NCBI GenBank assembly: GCA_963755915.1
Contig: CAVWLP010000002.1
Coordinates: 3,968,001-4,032,000, forward strand
Length of the DNA stretch: 64,000 nt
Direction: 5' to 3'
Source: an uncultured Phycisphaerales bacterium
Lineage (GTDB): Bacteria > Planctomycetota > Phycisphaerae > Tepidisphaerales > Tepidisphaeraceae
The first letter of the stretch is position 1, and every line of letters begins with the position of its first letter. The translations under genes and the position numbers were made by a program. The notes below the pieces were generated by a model. The model was not told where the DNA came from, did no database searches, and saw only the letters and a program-made list of their open reading frames with translations. This document shows positions 10,006-18,980 of the stretch, piece after piece.

Positions 10006-10892
10006 GACCTTCGTTGATGCAGACGCTCAAGCAACTTCGGCTTTCAGGTCTGGCGAGCAGCCTTGAAGTTCGCCTGAGCGAGGCGGCCGGCAATCGGCTC
10101 GACCACAGTGAGTTTTTGGAACTGATCCTTCAGGATGAACTGAACGTCCGATCCAGCCGGCAGATCGGCCGGCGCGTCAAGGCGGCGATGTTCCGCGACA
10201 CCAAAAACCTCGACGAGTTCGACTTCTCCTTCAACACCTCCATCAAACGCAAACAGATTCACGATCTGGCCGCCGGCCAGTTCATTCGTGACAAACGTGA
10301 CGTGCTCTTGCTGGGTCCGCCCGGCGTGGGCAAATCGTTTTTGGCCCAGGCCATCGGACACCAGGCGATCAAGAGCGGCTTGGTGGTCCTGTACCGATCC
10401 ATCTTCGACCTGGCCCGCGACTTTTTAGGCGACGAGGATCTGGGAGCCCAGGACAAGACGCTGGCCCGGTATCTCAAGCCTGATCTGCTTATCATCGACG
10501 ACATGGGAATGAAGCAGCTTCCGCGGCGCAGCGGCGAATGCCTGCTGGAGATCGTCATGCGCCGGCACGAGAACCGCTCGACGATGATGACCAGCAACCG
10601 TCCACTGGAGGACTGGGCCAAGCTGATCGGCGACGTGCCGGCGGCCACGGCCATTCTGGATCGGTTCCTGCAGCACGCCACGATCATCAACATCACCGGC
10701 AAGAGCTACCGCCTTCGGCATGGGGGCCATTCGACTTCGCTCACGGCAGGCCAATCCGGGACACCGGAAAAGACAAATCCAAAAGGACGGCGGAGTACCG
10801 CCGGCGATGAAGGGTGCTCCCCCCCGGAAGACACCGTGACAGAGCCGCCGTTGTCTTCTGATGTGGGGGTATCCGCCGGCCAGACGGCGTGA
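10002..10892 (+). CDS. istB: IS21 helper ATPase IstB
   Basis: GPPGVGKS Walker A, LLIIDDMG Walker B, TSNRP, AILDRFL; ATGA overlap with istA. Confidence 0.95.
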   Translation: MRPSLMQTLKQLRLSGLASSLEVRLSEAAGNRLDHSEFLELILQDELNVRSSRQIGRRVKAAMFRDTKNLDEFDFSFNTSIKRKQIHDLAAGQFIRDKRDVLLLGPPGVGKSFLAQAIGHQAIKSGLVVLYRSIFDLARDFLGDEDLGAQDKTLARYLKPDLLIIDDMGMKQLPRRSGECLLEIVMRRHENRSTMMTSNRPLEDWAKLIGDVPAATAILDRFLQHATIINITGKSYRLRHGGHSTSLTAGQSGTPEKTNPKGRRSTAGDEGCSPPEDTVTEPPLSSDVGVSAGQTA

Positions 10893-11016
10893 ACGGGGAC
10901 CAATAACTCAAGGAACAGTTGCGTCGGATAGAACGGATGCGGTATAGAATACGTCAGCACATTGGCCGGTTTTGAAGCGCCCCGCCCTGGCTGGTTTTGG
11001 CGCACCCCGTGACATA

Positions 11017-11193
11017 ATGCCTCGCGGCGACGACAATCCCCAACTTGATGAATTTTATCGTTCTGGTAAGGGAAAGCGTCTCGGCCTGATTGCGATGACG
11101 GCAGGCATCGGTGGTATTACATACGGAATCCTGAAAATCGCTGGGACCAATGTTGATGGCTGGATTCAGTATCTATGCCGCCCCCATCCGTGA
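11017..11193 (+). CDS. Small membrane hypothetical protein (58 aa); IS21 inserted at its start
   Basis: The ATG lies within the TSD; MPRGDDNPQL... with one hydrophobic segment. Confidence 0.4.
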   Translation: MPRGDDNPQLDEFYRSGKGKRLGLIAMTAGIGGITYGILKIAGTNVDGWIQYLCRPHP

Positions 11194-11254
11194 AGCAGGA
11201 TGATATCACTTTTGGTTCATTCTCCCCGCTGCGCGAAATGCGCGGGATTCTGGG

Positions 11255-12199
11255 CTAGGGGCGGCCGAGAATGAACTGCTGAAGGTCCAGCGGCAAATCG
11301 ACACTCTGAATGCTTTTCCCACAGGCGGCAAGAAGCATTGAAATCGCGGTTCGAGCGCGATACTCCAAGAGCCGTTGCTCCATGAACGCTTGCTCGGCAA
11401 ATTGCTGTAGCTGACGTTCGCGCCCGGCCAGAAGCCACTTAAGATCCTCGATTGCCGATTTATCTTTGCCCGCCGCGGATTCCGCTGCAACGGCGCTTAA
11501 AAAGAGGTATACCCCGCTACCCCCAAATATGTGTGTGCGGGAAGCGATAGAATTTATTTGACCCTGTATGTTGGCGCGCTCATTCGCCAGCAGTTCCTGA
11601 GAGCGGGCGATGGCGCTGCTCACCTTGACGAACTCACTTAGGGCGCTCAACACGGTCGATACGAGCCGGTTGGCGTTAGGGAAGCTGTCATCGCTTTGAA
11701 AGTCCGCCGCGTCAATCGTGATTGCGGTGAGCAAATCGGCCCTGTTTAAACTTGCGTTGTCAAAGAATTGGATGGACTTGCCGCAGAGGGCCGCAAGTCG
11801 CCTGTTGCCAGAGAGTCCTTCCTCTACTTCCGTCGGCAAGTCGCCTATGGCCTTGAAAACGGCCATCAGTCGGTTTTCTTCGGCCTGCTGTGAAGCGATC
11901 GCCGCGGCCTGGCGCGTGCGCTGGACCTCATCCTCTTTCAATATTCGAGCAGTTCGGGCATTGTCCGCTTCGGCCTGGCGAATGCGCTGAATCGCTGCAT
12001 TAACTTGCGCTAGTGCGGCTGCATAGGTGGGGAGGTCGACAATTTCATCGGCCGTAGCCCCCGCGATGCGTTTAACTTTCCAGCCGTCTCGGACGATCTG
12101 GCGCTCAACATCCTTTTTTGAGCCTGCATTATAGACGATCATCTGCCAACACTGGCTTCCGCACTCTGGATATACTGCCTTAACCCGATATGCGTACAT
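11255..12199 (-). CDS. Hypothetical protein, helical/coiled-coil
   Basis: 314-aa ORF with gaggg RBS; no recognised motif. Confidence 0.7.
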   Translation of the reverse strand: MYAYRVKAVYPECGSQCWQMIVYNAGSKKDVERQIVRDGWKVKRIAGATADEIVDLPTYAAALAQVNAAIQRIRQAEADNARTARILKEDEVQRTRQAAAIASQQAEENRLMAVFKAIGDLPTEVEEGLSGNRRLAALCGKSIQFFDNASLNRADLLTAITIDAADFQSDDSFPNANRLVSTVLSALSEFVKVSSAIARSQELLANERANIQGQINSIASRTHIFGGSGVYLFLSAVAAESAAGKDKSAIEDLKWLLAGRERQLQQFAEQAFMEQRLLEYRARTAISMLLAACGKSIQSVDLPLDLQQFILGRP

Positions 12200-12353
12200 G
12201 GAAATGCCCTCACGTCTGCGCCAGTAGCATAACCGAGCATCATAGGCCCGTTCAATGTTGCGCGTTAGTTATGAGAATCGGCGGGCGACCGGCGGGTCTT
12301 CCGGGGGGATTGGCCCCCTTTGAGCGGCATTCCCGGTTATCATCGCAACGCCG

Positions 12354-13712
12354 GTGAAAGACCCTTTATATCGAGGCAGTGTTGTGGATCGAACTGATCA
12401 GGCGACCAACCAATCAGAGCAATTCGTATACGAGACTTGCCAGCGCTCATTTCTATCGTTGTGGGCCTGCGTAAATCCGCAGGGCCGAACTCCTCGCAAA
12501 GAGCTTTGCGATATTTTGGTAGTCTTTGATCCCCATGTGATCGTCATCAGTGTTAAGAATATCGCGCTGCGTAGTTTGGGAGATGAATCCGCGAATCGGA
12601 GCCGGTGGGAGCGGAGGGCAATAGACGAATCGGTAAGACAAATTGATGGGGCAATTCGCGCCCTAGGAGATGCCGATCACGTGACGCGGAAAGACGGCAA
12701 GGTGGGACTGCCACTTCCGCCGCCGGGTCGTCGGGTTTACCACCGCGTAGCTATCGCCTTCGGCGGTAGGAGAGAGGTGTCCATAGGGATACGAAGGAAA
12801 GGAGAAGGGCCTTTCGTGCACGTGTTTGACGAGCGGTCGTTTAGCTTACTCTTACGCCATTTAGACACGATCTCCGATTTCGTGGCTTACCTTGAAGATA
12901 AACAAAGGCTTCTTAGTCGCGCCAGCGTGTTGATGACGGGTGGCGAGGAGGATCTTCTCGCCCTTTACCTCCAAGGCGGCGGAAAATTTCCGGACGGCCC
13001 GGATTTTTTTATACTGGCCGACGACCTCTGGGACGAAATACGCGGGAATGCGCAGTTCCTGTCGAAGCTACGATTGGATGAGGATAGTTATGCGTGGGAT
13101 AATCTAATTGAGGCATATTGTGAAAAGGGTTTCGAGGGCGACCATTGGATTGGGCCTGGTATAACTGAGACGGAGCGCGCATTGCGCGTTCTTGCAGCAG
13201 AGAGCCGCTTTTCCAGAAGGTCGTTGGGTCGCTCATTAAAGGAATTTTTGCAGCTCAGTAAGGAAGGAAAGGTTCGAGCAAGGGCGGCGGCTGGATTATC
13301 AGGGGTGCTCTATGTCTTCTTTGCATATCCGTCGGACACTCCCCTTAAGCAAAGACGCGAAATGCTGCTCGTGAGATGTCTTGCCGCCTTAGCGAGGTCA
13401 CCGCGGGCTCGCGTTGTGGTGGGGATTGGATTGAATGTGCCCGGCGAGCCTGTCGTAGAGACCTACAGTCTCGAATTGACCATGGTGGAGCCGGGCGTAG
13501 GGGCCCTACGAAAGAAACTCATAAAGCACGGCGAAAAAATACAGCAGGAGCTCGGCTACTTTAGATATCCGAAAGAAACGCACCTTTTCGAGAACAAATA
13601 TCCTCTCGTAACCAGACACCGCGCAGAGCGCGAAAATCGCGTCGCGACTCAGGCCAAAGTCCCAAGGGAAAATAGGTTGGGGCCTGGTGGGGGACGCTTC
13701 GCGAGGGGTTAG
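12354..13712 (+). CDS. Hypothetical protein with N-terminal NERD/PD-(D/E)XK-like nuclease motif
   Basis: ELCDILVVFDPHVIVISVKN motif; 452 aa; lower GC than the neighbours. Confidence 0.6.
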   Translation: MKDPLYRGSVVDRTDQATNQSEQFVYETCQRSFLSLWACVNPQGRTPRKELCDILVVFDPHVIVISVKNIALRSLGDESANRSRWERRAIDESVRQIDGAIRALGDADHVTRKDGKVGLPLPPPGRRVYHRVAIAFGGRREVSIGIRRKGEGPFVHVFDERSFSLLLRHLDTISDFVAYLEDKQRLLSRASVLMTGGEEDLLALYLQGGGKFPDGPDFFILADDLWDEIRGNAQFLSKLRLDEDSYAWDNLIEAYCEKGFEGDHWIGPGITETERALRVLAAESRFSRRSLGRSLKEFLQLSKEGKVRARAAAGLSGVLYVFFAYPSDTPLKQRREMLLVRCLAALARSPRARVVVGIGLNVPGEPVVETYSLELTMVEPGVGALRKKLIKHGEKIQQELGYFRYPKETHLFENKYPLVTRHRAERENRVATQAKVPRENRLGPGGGRFARG

Positions 13713-13848
13713 AGGGCTGGAAAGCGGAAAGCAGCGCGGGCTAATTCCCATCCGCGAAATCCGTGATCCGGCGCTTTGCGAGAAAGTAGAAGGTGGCGGC
13801 TTTGAGTTGGAGGGCGAGGGAAGTGGAACAAATCGGTGCGCTCGGCTC

Positions 13849-14249
13849 TTAGAACAGCGTGTTAAAGCCAGCAGCCTTGAAATGGCGGTCGTTGGTGAAG
13901 ACGTCGGTGATGCCGAGGCGGCGCATGACGATGATCGAGACGTGATCAACAATGCCGGCATCGGCGGCATCGCCGCGTGTGTACGCCGCCCAAGCCTCCT
14001 CCCAGTCCTGCGGCGTCGGTACGATCAGTTGTCCTGCAGATTCCATCGCACTGCGGGTTTGAGCGACGAATTGGCGATACGGGCGTCGGGCTGCGGCGTT
14101 GCCGCATTCGGCGAAGACGAAAGTCGTACTCACCGTTCGATCTCCGCGCCGACAAACTTGCTATAGGCGGTATGGGCGGCCTCATGCCATTGATCGGTTT
14201 GGTCCCACTGGGCGAGCAACCCGACCGTGTCGAGAAAGACGGTGCTCAT
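13849..14249 (-). CDS. vapC: PIN-domain toxin (VapC family; frameshift near 14145)
   Basis: MSTVFLDTVGLLA N-terminus and VDHVSIIVMRRLGITDVFTNDRHFKAAGF C-terminus; ATGA overlap with the antitoxin. Confidence 0.88.
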
Positions 14250-14458
14250 GGCTGGTGCTCGTTATGGCGCCCAGCGACATCGGTTTGGCCGGACGGGGCC
14301 GATTGGCCGAGTAGCTCGTAAATGCGCTGCTGAGCCGCTGTATCCGTATCGTCGGGTCCGAGGATCTTAGGGTCGAACTCGACCCGGGATTTTTCGGGTA
14401 TTTTGACCGGCTCGATGGGCCGGAAGACGCCGTTCTCGTAGATTGCTCTTACCGTCAT
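14246..14458 (-). CDS. Antitoxin, DUF104/AF2212-like
   Basis: TVRAIYENGVFRPIEPVKIPE motif, directly upstream of the PIN toxin; ggagg RBS. Confidence 0.88.
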   Translation of the reverse strand: MTVRAIYENGVFRPIEPVKIPEKSRVEFDPKILGPDDTDTAAQQRIYELLGQSAPSGQTDVAGRHNEHQP

Positions 14459-14782
14459 ACTTTCGCCTCCGGGACATCGGTGGATGTCGTTAAGAAGTGT
14501 ACCCCCGCGAGTTGTCAGTTGCGAGTCGCCAGTTGCGAGTTGCCGCTGCGAGCGGGCTATCTCCTATTCGCGAAATCCGCGTAATCCGTGGTCCGGCACT
14601 TCGCGAGAAAGTAGAGGTGGAGAAAGTCGAAAGTAGACAGGGCTAATTCCCATCCAGGAAAATGTTACACCCCACGTTTATTGAAAACCAACCAAACCCC
14701 GCGCAACCACCTCCCGCACCCAGACTTAAATCAAAATGAGTTAGCATATACTCACTAATTCGCCGAAAACGTAACAAAACGT

Positions 14783-16273
14783 CATTGCCGTTCGGTACAC
14801 GATTCGCTTGTTGCCGATTCTTGCGCTTGCGCAACGCGCTATGGTATGTCAGCATAGGGGTTGGTGCTGGAACTTCAGATCAAGGATGTTCCGTTTGGGC
14901 TGCTCACTCGCGTGTTGCCGCTGCTGGATCGGCTCCATGAGGTTGGAACCGAGCGCGACACGGCCGGCAATCGACAACTCTTCTTCGACGACTACGTCAA
15001 GCTCGTTCTAGTCTACCTCATCACGCCGATGATCGAATCGATCAGCGGCCTGCAGCGCACCATGGAACTGCCGCGACTGGCCAAACAACTGGGCATCAAG
15101 GATTTTTCCAAAGCCAGTTTCTCAGAGGCGCCCGTGGTCTTCCAGCCGCGGGAGTTGATCCGGGTGATTGAAGAGCTGACCGGCGATTTACACCGGTTGC
15201 CTCGCGATCCGCGACTGGCCGATATCCACCACGCCATCACGCTCGTGGACGGGACGCTGATCAAGGCATTGCCCAGGCTCATCGAGACGCTCTACAACGC
15301 CAAACGGCGTTGTCTCACCCCAGCCCGCTGTACCGGGCAAGAAGCGCCCGACGCCGGGGCTTATCACGCCTGGCGCATTCACACCCTGCTGGACCTGGAC
15401 ACGATGGTTCCGCAACGGGTGCGTCTGACCGGTGGAAGCCCGCGCGGCTCGAACAACGAACGACGCGTGCTGGAGGCGATGCTGGAGCCGGGCCGGCTCT
15501 ACGTCGCCGACCGTGGCTACTTCGACAAGCCGCTGATAAACCGCATCGTCCAGGCCCACAGCCTTTATGTCTTTCGCGCCATCGACGACCTGAAGTACCA
15601 AGTGGTCGAGGAACGCAAGCTCAGTGCCCAGGCGATTGAGGAGGGCGTGATCCGCGACGCGGTGGTGCGGTTGGAAGGCCTGGATCACCCGACGCGGCTG
15701 GTGGTCGTGAAGGCCGAGGTTCATGCCAAACGCACCCGCAAAGGTTACGTCCCCAGCAGCGGACAGATGAGGTTCCTGTGTCCGGACCTGGTACTGGCGC
15801 CGGAGCTGATCTCGATCTTGTATCGCTACCGCTGGACCATCGAGACCTTTTTCAAATTCATGAAACAACTGCTGGGGTGCCGCCATTTACTGAGCCAGCG
15901 CAAGACCGGCGTGGAGATCCAGATCTACTGCGCGGTGATCGTGTGCATGCTGCTGAATCTGACCACCGGGTTGAAGCCGGCCAGGGCCGTCATGGAACGG
16001 ATCATGTGGTATCTGCTGGGCTTTGCCGATGTTCAGGACGTCCAGCGGCAGATTGAAAGAACGCGGCGGGAGCAGGAGGCCCGCGCCAAAAAACGAGGCC
16101 ATTAATTCCGGCTGCGTTCTCGAGTTCGCTGGCCGGCGGTTGATGCTGCGCGCTACTCAACCCCCCATTCGCCCCCGCATCGGTTCTCAAGCAGAATGAT
16201 CTGCCGCATCGCTCCCCCAGCCGAATGGTTGCCGATTTTCCCCTAGCCGCAAACAAAGTACCGAACGACAATG
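14783..16273 (+). mobile_element. IS4-family insertion sequence (element A)
   Basis: IRs cattgccgttcggtac (14783-14798) and gtaccgaacgacaatg (16258-16273), one mismatch; DDE transposase inside. Confidence 0.88.
14861..16105 (+). CDS. IS4-family DDE transposase
   Basis: LVDGT, VADRGY, YRYRWTIETFFKFMKQ (YREK-type motif). Confidence 0.93.
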   Translation: MVLELQIKDVPFGLLTRVLPLLDRLHEVGTERDTAGNRQLFFDDYVKLVLVYLITPMIESISGLQRTMELPRLAKQLGIKDFSKASFSEAPVVFQPRELIRVIEELTGDLHRLPRDPRLADIHHAITLVDGTLIKALPRLIETLYNAKRRCLTPARCTGQEAPDAGAYHAWRIHTLLDLDTMVPQRVRLTGGSPRGSNNERRVLEAMLEPGRLYVADRGYFDKPLINRIVQAHSLYVFRAIDDLKYQVVEERKLSAQAIEEGVIRDAVVRLEGLDHPTRLVVVKAEVHAKRTRKGYVPSSGQMRFLCPDLVLAPELISILYRYRWTIETFFKFMKQLLGCRHLLSQRKTGVEIQIYCAVIVCMLLNLTTGLKPARAVMERIMWYLLGFADVQDVQRQIERTRREQEARAKKRGH

Positions 16274-16296
16274 ACATTATGTAACATCCGCAATAC

Positions 16297-16368
16297 GTAG
16301 GGTGGGTGTACTCGCCCACCATTTTCGGCGATCGGCAGACCAAACGGTGGGCGAGTACGCCCACTTAC
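16297..16368. repeat. GTAG-type REP doublet (REPIN-like hairpin)
   Basis: gtagggtgggtgtactcgcccacc ... ggtgggcgagtacgcccacttac. Confidence 0.8.
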
Positions 16369-16408
16369 GACTAATCCGCCGAAAACGTAAAAAAACGTAA
16401 AATTATGT

Positions 16409-17898
16409 TAATCCCGTTCGGCACGGGGTTCGCGCAAGCAGCAAGATATTGAGATTGCGCCTTTGATCTTTTTATGGCATGCTGCCGGACGTGCAGGCAA
16501 GACTGAAGGAAAAAGAGATCCTGTGCCTCGGACATCTGCGGCGCAGTCTTCGCGCTGCTGCCCACGCTGCGGGATGTGGGCTGTGAGCGGGATCGAGCCG
16601 GGAACCGCCAGCTTCACTTCGACGATTATTGCAAGCTGGTTTTGCTTTACACCTGGAATCCGCTGATCCAATCCCTGCGGGATCTTCAGGAGGTTGCTGA
16701 ACTGCCCAAGGTGGCCAAGGCGCTGGGAATTAAGCGTTTTTCCGTGGGCAGTTTCTCTGAATCGGTTCGGGTGTTCGAGCCGGGGCGTTTGACGCCGCTG
16801 ATTGAGGAATTGGCGGGGGAACTGCCCCAGGCGCCCGATCCGCGTCTTGCGGACTTTGGGCAGGCGATCACGCTGGTCGACGGGACGGTGCTGACGGCGC
16901 TGAGTCGGCTGGCCAAATCCGCTTGCGGCATCGATGCGCACTACAACACCTCCCGGGACGGGAAAGCGGTCTATGGCTGGCGTTTGCACGTTCAATTCGA
17001 TCTGGAGACGTTCAAAGTCCATCGCCTCGACCGCACTGGCGCTCGCAACGCGGGGGCCAACCGTGAAAACAACGTCCTGCGGCGCAGCCTGGAAGCAGGA
17101 CGGTGCTATGTAGGAGACGGCGGCTACGCCGACCGGAGCCTCTTTGCGGACATCGCCGCGGCGCAAAGCTCCTTTGTGATGCGGGCCGCGGAAAACTCGG
17201 TGTTTGAGCTGTTTGAAGAACGATTGCTTTCACAGGAAGCATTGGACGGCGGCGTGGTGCGAGACGCGCTGGTGAAACTCGACGGCCTGGAGACGGCGGC
17301 GGATAGGGTGGTGCGACGGGTGGAAGTGCAGGTGAAACCCCATCCGCGCCGCACGCGCAGCGGCAACAAGCCGACGGACCTGATCATCCTGTACACGAAC
17401 CTGCTGGACCTGCCGGCGGAATTGATCGCCCTGATTTATCTGTACCGCTACACCGTTGAGTTGTTCTTCCGGATCTTCAAGCAACTGCTGGGCATGCGTC
17501 ACCTGCTGAGCCAACGCCAGGAGGGGATCGACATCCAAATCCACTGGCGCTGATCGTCTGCGTGCTGATTCAGCTGATCAGCGGCAGGAAGCCGAACAAG
17601 GCGATGCGGAACATGATCGGCTGGTATCTGCTGGGGCTGGCCGAGGAACAGGACGTGCTTCGATTCCTGAACAAGCCGGATAACACCGGGATTAAGCTGA
17701 GGGCAAGAGCGGAGGCCTTGAAAAAACTGGGAGTAAACTGAAGGGGAATCCGTCGCCGCGGAGACCTCGCGGTTGATGCTGCGCTCTTGCGGACGCCGGC
17801 GTGCAGCAGGGGAAAGTAAAAGTATCTAAGCTTCAATTGTTTCGCGTCCTCCACAGCTTTGGAATGCTCCGATGAAGCCTGCGTGCCGAACGGGATTA
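16409..17898 (+). mobile_element. IS4-family insertion sequence (element B) with 9-bp TSD AAATTATGT
   Basis: Perfect 17-bp IRs taatcccgttcggcacg / cgtgccgaacgggatta; AAATTATGT at 16400-16408 and 17899-17907. Confidence 0.92.
16479..17741 (+). CDS. IS4-family DDE transposase (frameshifts near 16545 and 17546)
   Basis: AGNRQLHFDDY, LVDGT, VGDGGY, YRYTVELFFRIFKQ; homologous to the element A transposase. Confidence 0.88.
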
Positions 17899-18048
17899 AA
17901 ATTATGTAACATCCGCAATACGCGGCAGCCGGAAGCTGCCGGGCGGTACCCCGCAAAACCCTAGGGAGGAAGCCATGCGGTGGCTGGACGCCACCGCGAG
18001 CGGTACCCCGCATGGGCCGGATGCCCGGACCTTATAGCAACCGGAGGA

Positions 18049-18819
18049 TCACAGTTGTGGCATGACAATGGGATGCGGCGCATCCCCATAGCGCACCAGC
18101 GGCAGCGCGTAAACGGGCGAAAGAACTTCCGCCCGCAGCACCTGATCCGGCGCCGCCGCGGCCGCGACGCGGCCTTCGTGCAGCAGGATCATTCGATCCG
18201 CAAACGCCCCCGCGATGTTGAGCTCATGGCTGGCGACCAGCACCCCCAGCGAGTTTTCCCTGGCCAATTTACGCAGGATTTGCCACAGGTCGATCTGGTG
18301 ACGCAAGTCCAGGAAAGTGTTCGGTTCATCCAGCAGCAGGGCAGCCGGCTGCTGGGTAAGGCAACGGCCGATGAAGACCCGTTGCCGCTGGCCGCCCGAC
18401 ATTTGGTCCATGGGGCGCTCCAGCACATCTTCCAATGCCAGCGTGCGGGCGACTTCAAGGGTGATCTTCTCATCCGCGCTGGATTCGAGTCCAAACGGCC
18501 CCCATCGCGCCGCCCGCCCCAGCCGCAGCACCTCGGCGACGGTCTGCCCCGCCTCGTGCCGCGGCGATTGGGGGAGATAAGCAACGATCCGGGCCAAGTC
18601 GCGCAGACGCCAATCGGCCAGAGGTTTTTCCTGCCAGAGAATCTGACCGCCCGCGGGGAGGTGGCCGAGGAGGGTTTTGATGAGCGTGCTTTTGCCGCTG
18701 CCGTTGGGACCGATGATGGCGACGATCTCGCCAGGCTCCAGGGTCACAGAAACATTGCGGAGGGCCGGGCGATCGCCGTAGGAGAAGCAAAGATCGGCAG
18801 CGAATAGAAGCTGTTTCAT
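18049..18819 (-). CDS. ABC transporter ATP-binding protein (iron-siderophore/cobalamin type)
   Basis: GPNGSGKST, MSGGQRQR, LLLDEPNTFLDLRHQ, VASHELN. Confidence 0.93.
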   Translation of the reverse strand: MKQLLFAADLCFSYGDRPALRNVSVTLEPGEIVAIIGPNGSGKSTLIKTLLGHLPAGGQILWQEKPLADWRLRDLARIVAYLPQSPRHEAGQTVAEVLRLGRAARWGPFGLESSADEKITLEVARTLALEDVLERPMDQMSGGQRQRVFIGRCLTQQPAALLLDEPNTFLDLRHQIDLWQILRKLARENSLGVLVASHELNIAGAFADRMILLHEGRVAAAAAPDQVLRAEVLSPVYALPLVRYGDAPHPIVMPQL

Positions 18820-18972
18820 AACCTCGCGCGGCCGCTGCTTGCGTCTGGCGAACGCTGGCGGCGTTGCTCCTCCTCCCCATATTTCCGGTCATCAATATTG
18901 GTCGTCGTCGCGCCTTGCCAGCCTTCGCCACCCGCGGCGCATCGGGTCGCGGGAGGTTATGAAAGAGCTTCT
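18807..18972. mobile_element. MITE, about 166 bp, 28-bp imperfect TIRs, probable TA duplication
   Basis: agaagctgtttcataacctcgcgcggcc versus the reverse complement of the right end agaagctctttcataacctcccgcgacc (3 mismatches). Confidence 0.8.
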
Positions 18973-18980
18973 TAGGAGCT

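Larger units (their letters stand above)
8089..11014 (+). mobile_element. IS21-family insertion sequence with 6-bp target duplication TAATGC
   Basis: TGTCA...TGACA ends, repeated caaaaccggcca motifs at both ends, TAATGC at 8083-8088 and 11015-11020, istA-istB inside. Confidence 0.95.
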
